Positions 26,284 through 37,886 are shown, counted from the first letter of the stretch. The stretch is DNA of 64,000 nt from an uncultured Acidimicrobiaceae bacterium (GCA_964453335.1 CAYVOK010000004.1:14682-78681); one strand, 5' to 3'. Notes: a model not told the origin generated them from the sequence alone. Program-made: numbers and translations.

Positions 26284-27984
26284 TCAACGGATGAGCGACA
26301 CGCCGCAGAGGCGGGCATGCGCAGGTAGCTGCAGGAGCGTGTCACCGACGAGGGTGCTCACGGCGAGTCGGTCATACCGGACTGACGGGTGGACCATCTG
26401 CGGCTCCGATCGGAAGTCGGAGCCGACGACGGAGAACTCGACGTTCTCAACTGAGGTCACTGTGATCACGCCACGTTGCCCGGTGACGATACGTACGACG
26501 ATCGGTGTGCTCGCTTCGTGCACCAGACACCCCTCGGCCTCCACCACCGCCGACAGGCGACTCACGCTCACCTCGAGCCGGCCGGTGTCTGCGATGGGCT
26601 CGTCATCCCCCGTCACGACAGAGATCCGGCCCATAGCCCTGACGGATCGGTCGGAAAGTCCCGGCGGTGTCGCGTTCCACGCACCCTCGTCGGCGAGAGC
26701 AGCAAGTCGGGCATAGGTCAGGTCGGGACTGGTCACTGGATCGGGGAGCCCTGCCGCAGGACGCCCCGGGTCATCCGCCACGGCCTGAGCGAGCGCGAAC
26801 AGAACTCGTGACTCCGCCGCGACGGCAGCGCGCCGGCCACGTTCCGCGAGAAGCCCGTCGGCGGCGCCGAGCACGGCAAGGACGAGAACGGCGATGAGCA
26901 CCGGTCGAGCGGCGGCGCGTCGCGACCACGCAGCATCGCCCGCAGCACACAGCACTGGCGCCACCACGAACGCCACGACATAGACGTACCGCGAGGCGCG
27001 TGCCGCTTCAGCTCCGAGTACGGCCCGGCCGACGGACGACAAGCCGAAGAATCCGACGACGACGACCACTGCGACGATGAGCAGGTCGTCGGTTCGGGCC
27101 GAATGCTCCCGAGTTCGAAGGAATGCCGCAGCGACCAGGACGACGACGACCCCGGACCCCGGGAGGTAGGACAGCGCCGAGAGCGCGTGCGAGATCCCTG
27201 TCAACACGTAACCGGGCACGGCACCGACCATCGGCTCGATCGGATACATCCTCTGGCTTCCGAAGCCTAAATACCACGCGGCGTAGGGGATCAGCGGCGC
27301 AACCGCTGCAGCGATGACCGCCGGTCGGCGACGAATGACACCGAGGACGAGGACTGCACCGATGAATGGCAGCGCGACGCCCGAGAAGCAGAGCGCCGAG
27401 CCCAGCAACGCAGCGACACGCAACGCCGCTCGCGTCGTCGGCGGCTCGACCCCGAGCGCGTGCACGACCGCCCAGATCCCGGATGCAACGCCACCTACGA
27501 GTGCAAGCTGGAACGGCCACGCCAGGTTCTCCGCGCCGGCACCGAGAAAGGTGAGGTAGGTGACGAGCACGAGGCGCCAGACGTGCCCGACCTCGATGGT
27601 TCGAGCGATCGCCCGAGCCCCGAGAACCGCCACGGCATGGAGCACCAGCAAAACCCCGATGTACGGAACCGCGCTCTCCAGGCCGACCAACGGTACGAGG
27701 AGGGCGTAGATCGCTGCCGGCATTGCAACGAGGTGCTGGTTGTGCGGAGCGAAGATCGCGTTGAGGAGGTCTCCGTCACGCAAAGCATCCCGACGGGGAC
27801 CGAGAAAGGCCCAGTCATCGCCGCTGAACCAGGTATGCCGGAAGAACAGCAGGAGAACGAAGACCCCCGCGACGGGAACAAGGAGTTCTGCGGCGTCCCA
27901 CCACCGCCACCGCCGTGCAGACACACCGATCCTTCGGCCGAGCGGCGTCAGATGAGCCCCTCTGCGACCGCCATCTCGATCCAC
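26284..27984 (-). CDS. polytopic membrane protein (~11-13 TM) with C-terminal beta-rich soluble domain; putative GT-C-fold glycosyltransferase
   Basis: 566 aa. An acidic FSGDDWAF motif follows TM1, where GT-C enzymes carry their DD/DxD loop. Gene context is an adjacent polyprenyl-P GT2. The alternative GTG start at 27924 avoids overlap with the upstream gene. The family assignment is an inference. Confidence 0.5.
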   Translation of the reverse strand: MDRDGGRRGAHLTPLGRRIGVSARRWRWWDAAELLVPVAGVFVLLLFFRHTWFSGDDWAFLGPRRDALRDGDLLNAIFAPHNQHLVAMPAAIYALLVPLVGLESAVPYIGVLLVLHAVAVLGARAIARTIEVGHVWRLVLVTYLTFLGAGAENLAWPFQLALVGGVASGIWAVVHALGVEPPTTRAALRVAALLGSALCFSGVALPFIGAVLVLGVIRRRPAVIAAAVAPLIPYAAWYLGFGSQRMYPIEPMVGAVPGYVLTGISHALSALSYLPGSGVVVVLVAAAFLRTREHSARTDDLLIVAVVVVVGFFGLSSVGRAVLGAEAARASRYVYVVAFVVAPVLCAAGDAAWSRRAAARPVLIAVLVLAVLGAADGLLAERGRRAAVAAESRVLFALAQAVADDPGRPAAGLPDPVTSPDLTYARLAALADEGAWNATPPGLSDRSVRAMGRISVVTGDDEPIADTGRLEVSVSRLSAVVEAEGCLVHEASTPIVVRIVTGQRGVITVTSVENVEFSVVGSDFRSEPQMVHPSVRYDRLAVSTLVGDTLLQLPAHARLCGVSLIR

Positions 27985-28970
27985 GGGACGACCTCGTCGA
28001 GGATCTCGTCGAGCGGGGTGAGCGCCTCGAAGCCGAGCAGATCCTTCGCCTTCTGCACGCCGGGCACCCGCTTCTGCACGTCGTGCTCGTAGGCCGGGTC
28101 GCTCACGAAACGGAACGGGACGTCGGGCCCCTTCACCTTCCGCCAGATGAGCTCGGCGAGCTCGAGGACCGTTGTCGACTGCGCGGTCGAGAGGTTGAAA
28201 TCCTCGTTCAGTGCAGCCGGATGCTCCATCGCGGTGACGATCCCCTGAGCGAGGTCGCCACCGTAGGTGTAGTGCCGCACCTGCTGACCGTCACCGAGGA
28301 TGTGCAGCGGGTCCTGGCCCTTCAGGATCTTCTGCACGAGATCCGGCACGACGTGGCTCATGGCGAGCGAGACGTTGCCCGACAGGACCTCCACCTCACC
28401 GAGGGCTCGCATCTCACCGACGCCGACGCAGTTGAAGGGCCGCACGATCGTGTACGGGAGCTGGTACTGATCCCATGCAGCCTTCGCGAAGTACTCGACG
28501 GCGAGCTTCTGGAACCCATAGGAGGACAACGGCGGCGGGACACGCCGCTCGTCGCCCTCGTTGCTCGGCCACGTGGTCGTCGATTCGAACACCATCGACG
28601 AGCTCATGTAGGTGACCTTCTGGAGCTTGCCCTGACGATGGGCCCGGATCGCCGCGTCGCACGACGCCGCCATGATCCGTTCGTTCGTTGCGAGCAGGTC
28701 GTACGCGTATGCGTGGAAGTAGCTGATTCCGCCGATGAGCGCCGCGCCTGCGATGAAGTGGTCGCACTCCATCAGCAGCTCGGTCATGAGGTCGACATCC
28801 GTGCAGTCGCCGATGACGAGGCGGTACCCCGGATTGCCGTCGTAGCTCTTCGAGATCGGTCCGTACTTGGAGTGGTTGTCGATGCCGACGACCTGGTGAC
28901 CGCGCCCGAGGAGCTCCTCGACCACGTAACCACCGATGAACCCGGCCGAACCGGAGACGAGAACCTTCAC
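27948..28970 (-). CDS. NAD-dependent nucleotide-sugar epimerase/dehydratase (extended SDR)
   Basis: VLVSGSAGFIGGYVVEELL Rossmann motif and catalytic YGFQK (YxxxK). I prefer GTG 28970, with GAGG 5 nt upstream, over the track ATG 28997. Confidence 0.85.
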   Translation of the reverse strand: MKVLVSGSAGFIGGYVVEELLGRGHQVVGIDNHSKYGPISKSYDGNPGYRLVIGDCTDVDLMTELLMECDHFIAGAALIGGISYFHAYAYDLLATNERIMAASCDAAIRAHRQGKLQKVTYMSSSMVFESTTTWPSNEGDERRVPPPLSSYGFQKLAVEYFAKAAWDQYQLPYTIVRPFNCVGVGEMRALGEVEVLSGNVSLAMSHVVPDLVQKILKGQDPLHILGDGQQVRHYTYGGDLAQGIVTAMEHPAALNEDFNLSTAQSTTVLELAELIWRKVKGPDVPFRFVSDPAYEHDVQKRVPGVQKAKDLLGFEALTPLDEILDEVVPWIEMAVAEGLI

Positions 28971-28977
28971 GAATGCC

Positions 28978-29694
28978 TCACTTCTGGGGGAGAGCAAGCC
29001 GCCGCCCGAAGGCGAAGCGGTACCAACGGAGATACTGCGGCAACCACTTCATCAACTTGAAGTTCGACGTGCCGAATGCCCGGTCGAGCCAGATCGTGGG
29101 GATCTCGGCGACCGGCTGTCGGTACCGCCGCGCCTTCGCGACGAGCTCGATACCGATCTCGAAACCCTGGTCGCTCTCGATGCCGACGGTCTCGACGAAG
29201 GACTTCGCGTACGCCTTGTAGGAGTTCGTCGCGTCGCGCGTCCCGACCCTCGCCCCGTAGTGCAGGCTCAGACCGGCGAGCCGGGACAGGAGCCCCTTGA
29301 ACCACGGCCCACCGACCTGTTGTCCGGAGCGTGCATACCGACTCGCCGCTGCGACGACCACGCCCCGTTCGACGAGGCGTGTCAACGTGTCGATCTGCGA
29401 GGGGTCGTCACAGCCGTCCGCCATCGTGACCACGACCACCGGGGCCGCAGCCGCAGCGATCCCGAACTTGATGGCGTTTGCGGGCCCACGCCCGTAGGAG
29501 TTGAGCACCCAACGCACCCGCCCATCGGCCTGCTGTGCACGCTCGACCGCAGGAATCGTCGTGTCATCCGCCGAGTCGACGACCACGAGTATCTCCGCGG
29601 GGAGGGTGACCGCCTCACCGATGCGGGCGAGCACCGGAATTACGCCATCACCCTCGTTGTACGCCGGGATGACCACCGTGACGCGCGGCGTCAC
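28978..29694 (-). CDS. GT2-family polyprenol-phosphate glycosyltransferase (DPM1/ArnC/GtrB-like)
   Basis: 238 aa from the GTG of a GTGA overlap (29691-29694). VTVVIPAYNEG...VVVDSADDT...TMADGCDD (DxD)...SRY...TNSYKAY. No C-terminal TM-rich extension. Confidence 0.8.
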   Translation of the reverse strand: MTPRVTVVIPAYNEGDGVIPVLARIGEAVTLPAEILVVVDSADDTTIPAVERAQQADGRVRWVLNSYGRGPANAIKFGIAAAAAPVVVVTMADGCDDPSQIDTLTRLVERGVVVAAASRYARSGQQVGGPWFKGLLSRLAGLSLHYGARVGTRDATNSYKAYAKSFVETVGIESDQGFEIGIELVAKARRYRQPVAEIPTIWLDRAFGTSNFKLMKWLPQYLRWYRFAFGRRLALPQK

Positions 29695-30896
29695 AGGAGC
29701 ACACCATGACCGCGGAGGTTCCAGACGTCGACGACCGCCTTGTCGGTCGACAGCGACCGGTACGCCGGATGTGGCGCGCCGATGACGAGCACGTCGGACC
29801 GGGCGATGACCTCGTCGAGCGGGAGGAGCGACGGGTCGGAGCGCACGTAGGGGTCGGTGCACAGCACATCGGCGGCGCGGAAGCGGACGATCCGCTTCAG
29901 CTTGTAGGAAAGACTCGATCGGATGTCGTCGCTCTCGGCCTTGAACGCCATGCCGAGGATGCCGACGGCCTTGTCCCGCAGGCCGAACCGGGCCTCCATC
30001 CGCTCGACGAGGTACATCGGGAGACCCTCGTTCACCATCATCGCCGCGTGTCCGAGGAAGAACGTGTTGTTACTGAAGCCGGCGAGCTGCATCGTGTCCT
30101 TGAACAGACACGGGCCGGCGGCGAATCCGGGACCGGGCATGTCCTGCGCGCGCGGGTAGTCGAACGTGATCGCGTGACGAACGCGTTCGAAGTCGACGCC
30201 ATGGGAGTTCGCGATCATGAAGAACTGGTTGGCCGCAGCGAACTTGATGTAGCGCCACGTGTTCGTGAACAACTTGGCGAGCTCAGCTTCCTCGGGGCTC
30301 GTCACCACGATCTGGTCGGTCAGGGATCGGAACAGCTCCGATGCTCGGGCGACCGTGCGTTCGTTCCGGCCCGACACGATCTGGGGCAGTGAGTACAGCT
30401 CGACGAACGCCTTGCCCTCGGCGATCCGTTCGGGGCAGAACGCCACATCGAGTTCGCGCCCGAGCGCGGCGAGACGCTGTTCGACCAGCGCCGTCACGCC
30501 CGGGTACACCGTCGACCGCAGGACGAGGAGCTGGCCGTCGCGGAGATGCGGCCCGAGCGCCGCGACCGCATCGGCCACGGCCTGCGTATCCGGGTTCAGG
30601 TGCTCGTCGACCGGCGTACCGATCACGACGATCACGATGCCGGCCGCAGCGACGGAACCTGGGTCCGTACTCGCTCGGAACGCGCCCGAGTCGAGGACCT
30701 CCCGGAGCACTGTCGGCGCCTCGGGCTCGTCGAACGGCATGACCCCGCCGTTCACCGACTCGACAGCCGTTGCGTTCAGGTCGTAGGCCACCGTCGGCCG
30801 CCCGGCGCGCGCAAGAGCGAGAGCGAGCGGGAGGCCGACGTGGCCGCAGCCACCGACGACGACCACACTGTCGTTCTGGCGTGGGTTCTCGGGCAT
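29691..30896 (-). CDS. nucleotide-sugar 6-dehydrogenase (UDP-glucose/GDP-mannose dehydrogenase family)
   Basis: 401 aa from ATG 30894-30896. VVVVGGCGHVGLPLALA, FCPERIAEGKA, catalytic-Cys region GFAAGPCLFKD, GMAFKAESDDIR. Confidence 0.85.
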   Translation of the reverse strand: MPENPRQNDSVVVVGGCGHVGLPLALALARAGRPTVAYDLNATAVESVNGGVMPFDEPEAPTVLREVLDSGAFRASTDPGSVAAAGIVIVVIGTPVDEHLNPDTQAVADAVAALGPHLRDGQLLVLRSTVYPGVTALVEQRLAALGRELDVAFCPERIAEGKAFVELYSLPQIVSGRNERTVARASELFRSLTDQIVVTSPEEAELAKLFTNTWRYIKFAAANQFFMIANSHGVDFERVRHAITFDYPRAQDMPGPGFAAGPCLFKDTMQLAGFSNNTFFLGHAAMMVNEGLPMYLVERMEARFGLRDKAVGILGMAFKAESDDIRSSLSYKLKRIVRFRAADVLCTDPYVRSDPSLLPLDEVIARSDVLVIGAPHPAYRSLSTDKAVVDVWNLRGHGVLL

Positions 30897-31026
30897 ACGA
30901 CGCAGATCGTACCGACACCGACCGTTCGTAGGCATCAACCCGACATTTGGTACCGTGACCACGCCCGGTTGGAGCGCAGCACCGGGGCCGCGCATCACCG
31001 TTCGCGAAGAGTCCGGAGCTGGGAGA

Positions 31027-32916
31027 ATGCAGGCGTTCGCACGTCCGATTACCGACGCACTCCGGCTTGTCGACAAGTCGCTCACCAGCAGAGGAGCTCG
31101 TGCTGCGTTCCTCGTGGCGGTCACGGTCCTCCTCGCACCCAGGCCGAGGACGTTCCCGCACCCCGGTATCGATCCCGGCTGGAAGGCGGCGCTCGTCAAC
31201 GCCCGATCGCTCGGCCTCCACCACGGCGAACAGATCATGTTCACGTACGGCCCCTGGGGCTGGATCTCGATCGACACGTTCACGAGCCGGGCCGAACTGG
31301 TGATGTCGGTCGCGTTCGGCATCGCCGCTGCGGGGTCCTACGCAACAGCCATGTGGCTCCTGCTACGCAGAACCCTCAGCCCGGCCATTTCGGCGATCGT
31401 TCTCCTCTTCGGCGCACTTCCTGTCGCGCAGTGGCTCGCAACGGACGAGCTCATGCTGGTCGCCGTCTTCTGCTTGGCCTTTCTGAACCTTCAGCCAGAA
31501 GGTCTCGGCAGCTGGGGCATCGCCCTGATGTCCGGACTTGCAGCATCCATGCTGCAGGTGAAGTTCTCCACGGGCCTGTTCGCCACGTTGGCTCTCGCCG
31601 TGACCATCGTGGGCCTGCTGAACAGAGTCCGACGCGTCGTGACCGCGACTGCCGTGTACATCACGGTCACCGGCGTCGCCTGGGTGATCGCAGAGCGACG
31701 GGCAGCCGGATTCTTCACCTGGCTGGACTACTCGCTCGATTACGTCAGCCACTACGCCGGCGGAATGTCGGTCTACCCCGACCGTCCGACGGACCTCCTT
31801 CTCTTCGGTCTCGTCGGAACGGCGACGGTCGCGTTCGCCGTGCGCCGACCTCGCAGCTCCGACGACTCGATGCTGGTCCACGTCGCCGTGCTTGCCCTCG
31901 CCGGCCTCAGCGTCGTCACCGGCCTGCGAATGGGATTCGTCCGCCACGAGGTGGGCCGGGTCATCACGGCGTTCCACGTCGTCGTCCCGGCGTGGATCAC
32001 CGTGACGGCTGCGACCGGGAAGCCACGTCGGCTGGCTCGAATGCTCGCGCCGATCACCCTCTCCGTCGTGTACCTCGCAAGCCCCGACATCGGAGTCGTC
32101 CGGACCGTCGGCGACCTCGCCAACTGGCCGCAGAAGCTCGCGCTGTGGATCGAACCCACGAACATCGTCCTCTCGCGAGGATCCGCCGCCGAGTCGGCCG
32201 AGAAGGCCCGCACCACGGGTCGCGACGCCTTCGCCCTCAGCGACAGGATGCTCGAGACGATCGGTGATCGTGGCGTCCACGTCGATCCTTGGAACACGAC
32301 CCTGCCGTGGACCTTCGGTCTCCGCTGGTCACCGATCCCCGTTTTCCAGACCTACGCGGTGCTCGGGCACGAACTCGACTTGCTGAACCAACGAGCCGCC
32401 CTCTCGCGCACCGTCGACGAGCCGATTCTGATCAACACGGACAGTCGCTTCGCAGTCGAGAATCGACCGGCGATCTGGACGTCCCCGCGCTATCAGTTGA
32501 CGCTCACGTGCGAGTTCGCCCCGGAACGAATCGAGGGCCCGTGGGAACTCTGGAGCCGACGACCGACGACCGCCTGCGGCGCGCCCGAAGTCATCGGAGG
32601 GGGCACGGTGGACGGAGGTGACGAGATCGTGCTGCCAGCCGATGACGGGGGGCTGACGGTGATCCGATTCACGCCGAGCTACTCGGCCAGTGACAGGCTC
32701 TTCGCTCTCGCGCTGAAACCGCGTCGGCCGGTCACATTGACCATCGCCGACCGGCCGTTCCGGAACCCGGACGGACTGAGCGGAGCCCCGCTCCTCGTCT
32801 CGTGCCCCGACCGCGTCGAGTCCAAGCGATTCGAGCTGCTCTGTCCGGGACCTCGGTCGATCGGTTTCTCGCACAGCGGTAGCTACACCCTGGAGCGCAT
32901 CTCCTTCATGCCCTGA
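31027..32916 (+). CDS. large polytopic membrane protein with ~230-aa C-terminal soluble domain, family unrecognised
   Basis: 629 aa from ATG 31027 (GGAG 8 nt upstream). About 10-12 hydrophobic helices, then a Trp/Pro-rich non-membrane domain. I recognise no catalytic motif. Confidence 0.6.
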   Translation: MQAFARPITDALRLVDKSLTSRGARAAFLVAVTVLLAPRPRTFPHPGIDPGWKAALVNARSLGLHHGEQIMFTYGPWGWISIDTFTSRAELVMSVAFGIAAAGSYATAMWLLLRRTLSPAISAIVLLFGALPVAQWLATDELMLVAVFCLAFLNLQPEGLGSWGIALMSGLAASMLQVKFSTGLFATLALAVTIVGLLNRVRRVVTATAVYITVTGVAWVIAERRAAGFFTWLDYSLDYVSHYAGGMSVYPDRPTDLLLFGLVGTATVAFAVRRPRSSDDSMLVHVAVLALAGLSVVTGLRMGFVRHEVGRVITAFHVVVPAWITVTAATGKPRRLARMLAPITLSVVYLASPDIGVVRTVGDLANWPQKLALWIEPTNIVLSRGSAAESAEKARTTGRDAFALSDRMLETIGDRGVHVDPWNTTLPWTFGLRWSPIPVFQTYAVLGHELDLLNQRAALSRTVDEPILINTDSRFAVENRPAIWTSPRYQLTLTCEFAPERIEGPWELWSRRPTTACGAPEVIGGGTVDGGDEIVLPADDGGLTVIRFTPSYSASDRLFALALKPRRPVTLTIADRPFRNPDGLSGAPLLVSCPDRVESKRFELLCPGPRSIGFSHSGSYTLERISFMP

Positions 32917-33040
32917 ACCCGGTGGCGCGCGACAGCGCAGCGCGTGATCACCGGCAGGTCAGGAGCGACGGAGGGCGGCGGCATCCCGGCCGGGTAGCGT
33001 CGATTCCGCTACGGCGACGGCGATTCGCAGAGGAGCTCCC

Positions 33041-33391
33041 ATGTCGAAGATCCAACCGGCCAGGGTCACCCACATCGCGAGGACCGAACACGTGCTGCGT
33101 GACGTCGGAGAATTCACGATCGACGACCTCCGGATCGAGGTGCTGCGCCTTCGTGACGAGTTGATCGGTGCCAGAGCGGAGATCGGGAATCTGCGGAGCC
33201 GACTCGAACCTCGGCACCGTGAGTACGACTCCATGCTCGCACTGCACCGCGCCGAGCGGGCACTCGCCGGACCCGATGCCGAGTACGCGCACATCGCCCG
33301 ACGCATTCTCGGGTTCAGCCGTTGGGCCCTGCTCCGCGCACCGCGCAAGGTGGCACGACGAGTGCTGGCAGGCGTACGGAGCCGACGATGA
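33041..33391 (+). CDS. small coiled-coil protein (116 aa), hypothetical
   Basis: Strong SD GAGGAG upstream. Heptad-like DLRIEVLRLRDELIGARAEIGNLRSRLE. Its stop overlaps the next ATG (ATGA at 33388-33391). Confidence 0.55.
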   Translation: MSKIQPARVTHIARTEHVLRDVGEFTIDDLRIEVLRLRDELIGARAEIGNLRSRLEPRHREYDSMLALHRAERALAGPDAEYAHIARRILGFSRWALLRAPRKVARRVLAGVRSRR

Positions 33392-35064
33392 CGAGCCCGA
33401 GGTTCAGCATTCTCACGCCCGTTTTCAACCCTCCGCTCGACGCGTTCCGATCGTGTGCGGCGTCGGTACTCGCGCAGACCGCAACCAATTGGGAGTGGGT
33501 GCTGGTCGACGACCGGTCGACCGACCCGGCCGTTGGTGCGATGCTCGCGGAACTCGCTGTCGACGAGCGTGTCACGGTGATCCACCGAGCAGAGAACGGC
33601 GGGATCGTCGCTGCGACGAACGACGCGCTGCACGCGGCCACAGGTACCTTCGTCGCGTTCCTCGACCACGACGACGCGCTCACCCCGGATGCACTCGACA
33701 TCGTCGACGAGGTCCTGACCGCGGACGACGAGGTCGACTACGTGTACTCCGACGAGGACAAGATCGGCCTCGACGGCGTGCACTGCGATCGCTTCCGCAA
33801 GCCGGCATGGTCGCCGGAGCGGCTGCGGGCGCAGAACTACTGCTGCCATCTCTCGGTGATGCGTCGATCGCTCGTCGTAGAGCTCGGAGGGCTGCGCAGC
33901 GGTTTCGACGGCGCACAGGACTGGGATCTCACACTGCGGGTGACCGAGGTCGCCAGGGCGATTGCACACATCCCGCACGTGCTCTACCACTGGCGCATGG
34001 TGATCGGTTCCGTGGCGACCGACATCGAGTACAAGCCGTATGCCCTCGAGGCCGGACGCCGGGCTGTCGCAGAACACCTCCAACGAGTCGGGATCGAGGC
34101 AGACGTCGCGGTCACCGAGCACCTCTACGTCGACGTCCGCCGCAGACTCACGACCCGACCGAAGGTCAGCATCATCATTCCGACGAACGCTTCTCGGAAG
34201 CGGATCTGGGGGCAGGACGTCGTCCTCGTCGAACAGTGCGTCGCGTCGATCGCGCAACGGTCCACCTACGAGGACTACGAGATCCTCGTCGTGCACGACA
34301 TGGTCGACGAGTCCGTCCTCGCACGCCTCGAGGCACTCGCCCCAGGGCGGATCGTGGCCGTGCCCTACGACCGGCCGTTCAACTTCTCCGAGAAGATCAA
34401 TCTCGGGGCGCTCCACAGCAGGGGGGATCGCCTCTTGCTCCTCAACGACGACACGCTCGTCATCACCCCGGACTGGATCGAGGTACTCGCAGCCCATCTC
34501 GAGGCATCCGACGTCGGGATGGTCGGTCCGAAACTCCTATTGGCGGACGGCCGCATCCAGAGTGCAGGGCACTATTTCAGGTTCGGTGCCCACCACGTCG
34601 CCGGCGAGCTCGCCGGCGACGATCCCGGGCCGTTCGGCTGCCTCACGTTCCCCTCCGAACGCACCGGACTGACGATGGCCTGCGTGATGGTGCCACGTGC
34701 CCTGTTCTCCGCCGTCGGTGGACTTGCGACCGAACTTCCCGGTGCGTTCAACGACATCGACTTCGGGAACAAGCTCGTCGAGTACGGGTACCGCCTCATC
34801 TGGACGCCGCACGCATCGCTCTACCACTTCGAGTCGCTGAGCAGGGATCCGACCGTCCCGAAGGAACACATCGTCCGGATCTACCAGAGGTGGGGTCACC
34901 TCCTCGACGCACCCGACCGGTATCTGCCGTGGTTCTCCTACCAGGTGAACGGCCTCGCCTACGTCGACGACGAGCGGCTCCTCGCGACCGTCCTCGACTC
35001 GGCGCACCACGAATCGATTCCTGGACTCGGTGAGATCTCTGCGGACAGGTTGCCGAACGACTGA
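33388..35064 (+). CDS. two-domain GT2 (tandem GT-A) glycosyltransferase, polymerase-like
   Basis: 558 aa. Domain 1: FSILTPVFNPP...VDDRSTD...FLDHDDAL. Domain 2: VSIIIPTNAS...VVHDMVDES...LLLNDDTLV. Each domain has its own DxD. Confidence 0.8.
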   Translation: MTSPRFSILTPVFNPPLDAFRSCAASVLAQTATNWEWVLVDDRSTDPAVGAMLAELAVDERVTVIHRAENGGIVAATNDALHAATGTFVAFLDHDDALTPDALDIVDEVLTADDEVDYVYSDEDKIGLDGVHCDRFRKPAWSPERLRAQNYCCHLSVMRRSLVVELGGLRSGFDGAQDWDLTLRVTEVARAIAHIPHVLYHWRMVIGSVATDIEYKPYALEAGRRAVAEHLQRVGIEADVAVTEHLYVDVRRRLTTRPKVSIIIPTNASRKRIWGQDVVLVEQCVASIAQRSTYEDYEILVVHDMVDESVLARLEALAPGRIVAVPYDRPFNFSEKINLGALHSRGDRLLLLNDDTLVITPDWIEVLAAHLEASDVGMVGPKLLLADGRIQSAGHYFRFGAHHVAGELAGDDPGPFGCLTFPSERTGLTMACVMVPRALFSAVGGLATELPGAFNDIDFGNKLVEYGYRLIWTPHASLYHFESLSRDPTVPKEHIVRIYQRWGHLLDAPDRYLPWFSYQVNGLAYVDDERLLATVLDSAHHESIPGLGEISADRLPND

Positions 35065-35109
35065 GCGGGGCGAGCCGCCGACCACACAGCCGACCCGTCG
35101 AGCCCGAAC

Positions 35110-35127
35110 GCAGCGCGGACGCGCTGC
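35110..35127 (+). terminator. GC hairpin GCAGCGCG-GA-CGCGCTGC at the right edge of the glycan island
   Basis: Read directly; effectively a 7-bp stem with a 4-nt loop. No U-tract. Confidence 0.3.
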
Positions 35128-35128
35128 G

Positions 35129-35132
35129 TAGC

Positions 35133-35134
<2 letters not shown>
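35129..35134 (+). promoter_or_regulatory. -10 hexamer TAGCAT, 7 nt before in-frame GTG 35142 of aceE (leaderless pattern, alternative start)
   Basis: TAGCAT ggctccc GTG. The hexamer overlaps the annotated ATG at 35133. Confidence 0.3.

Positions 35135-37879
<2,745 letters not shown>

Positions 37880-37886
<7 letters not shown>

Noticed and set aside
30897-31026. Divergent promoter region of the glycan island with two GTACCG copies 45 nt apart, and a TACGAT hexamer 9 nt from the dehydrogenase ATG.
   Set aside because: A 6-mer direct repeat at that distance is expected by chance. The 9-nt spacing does not fit the leaderless geometry seen elsewhere; the same spacing occurs at rex 1458 and ccr 63039. 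Too weak to call.
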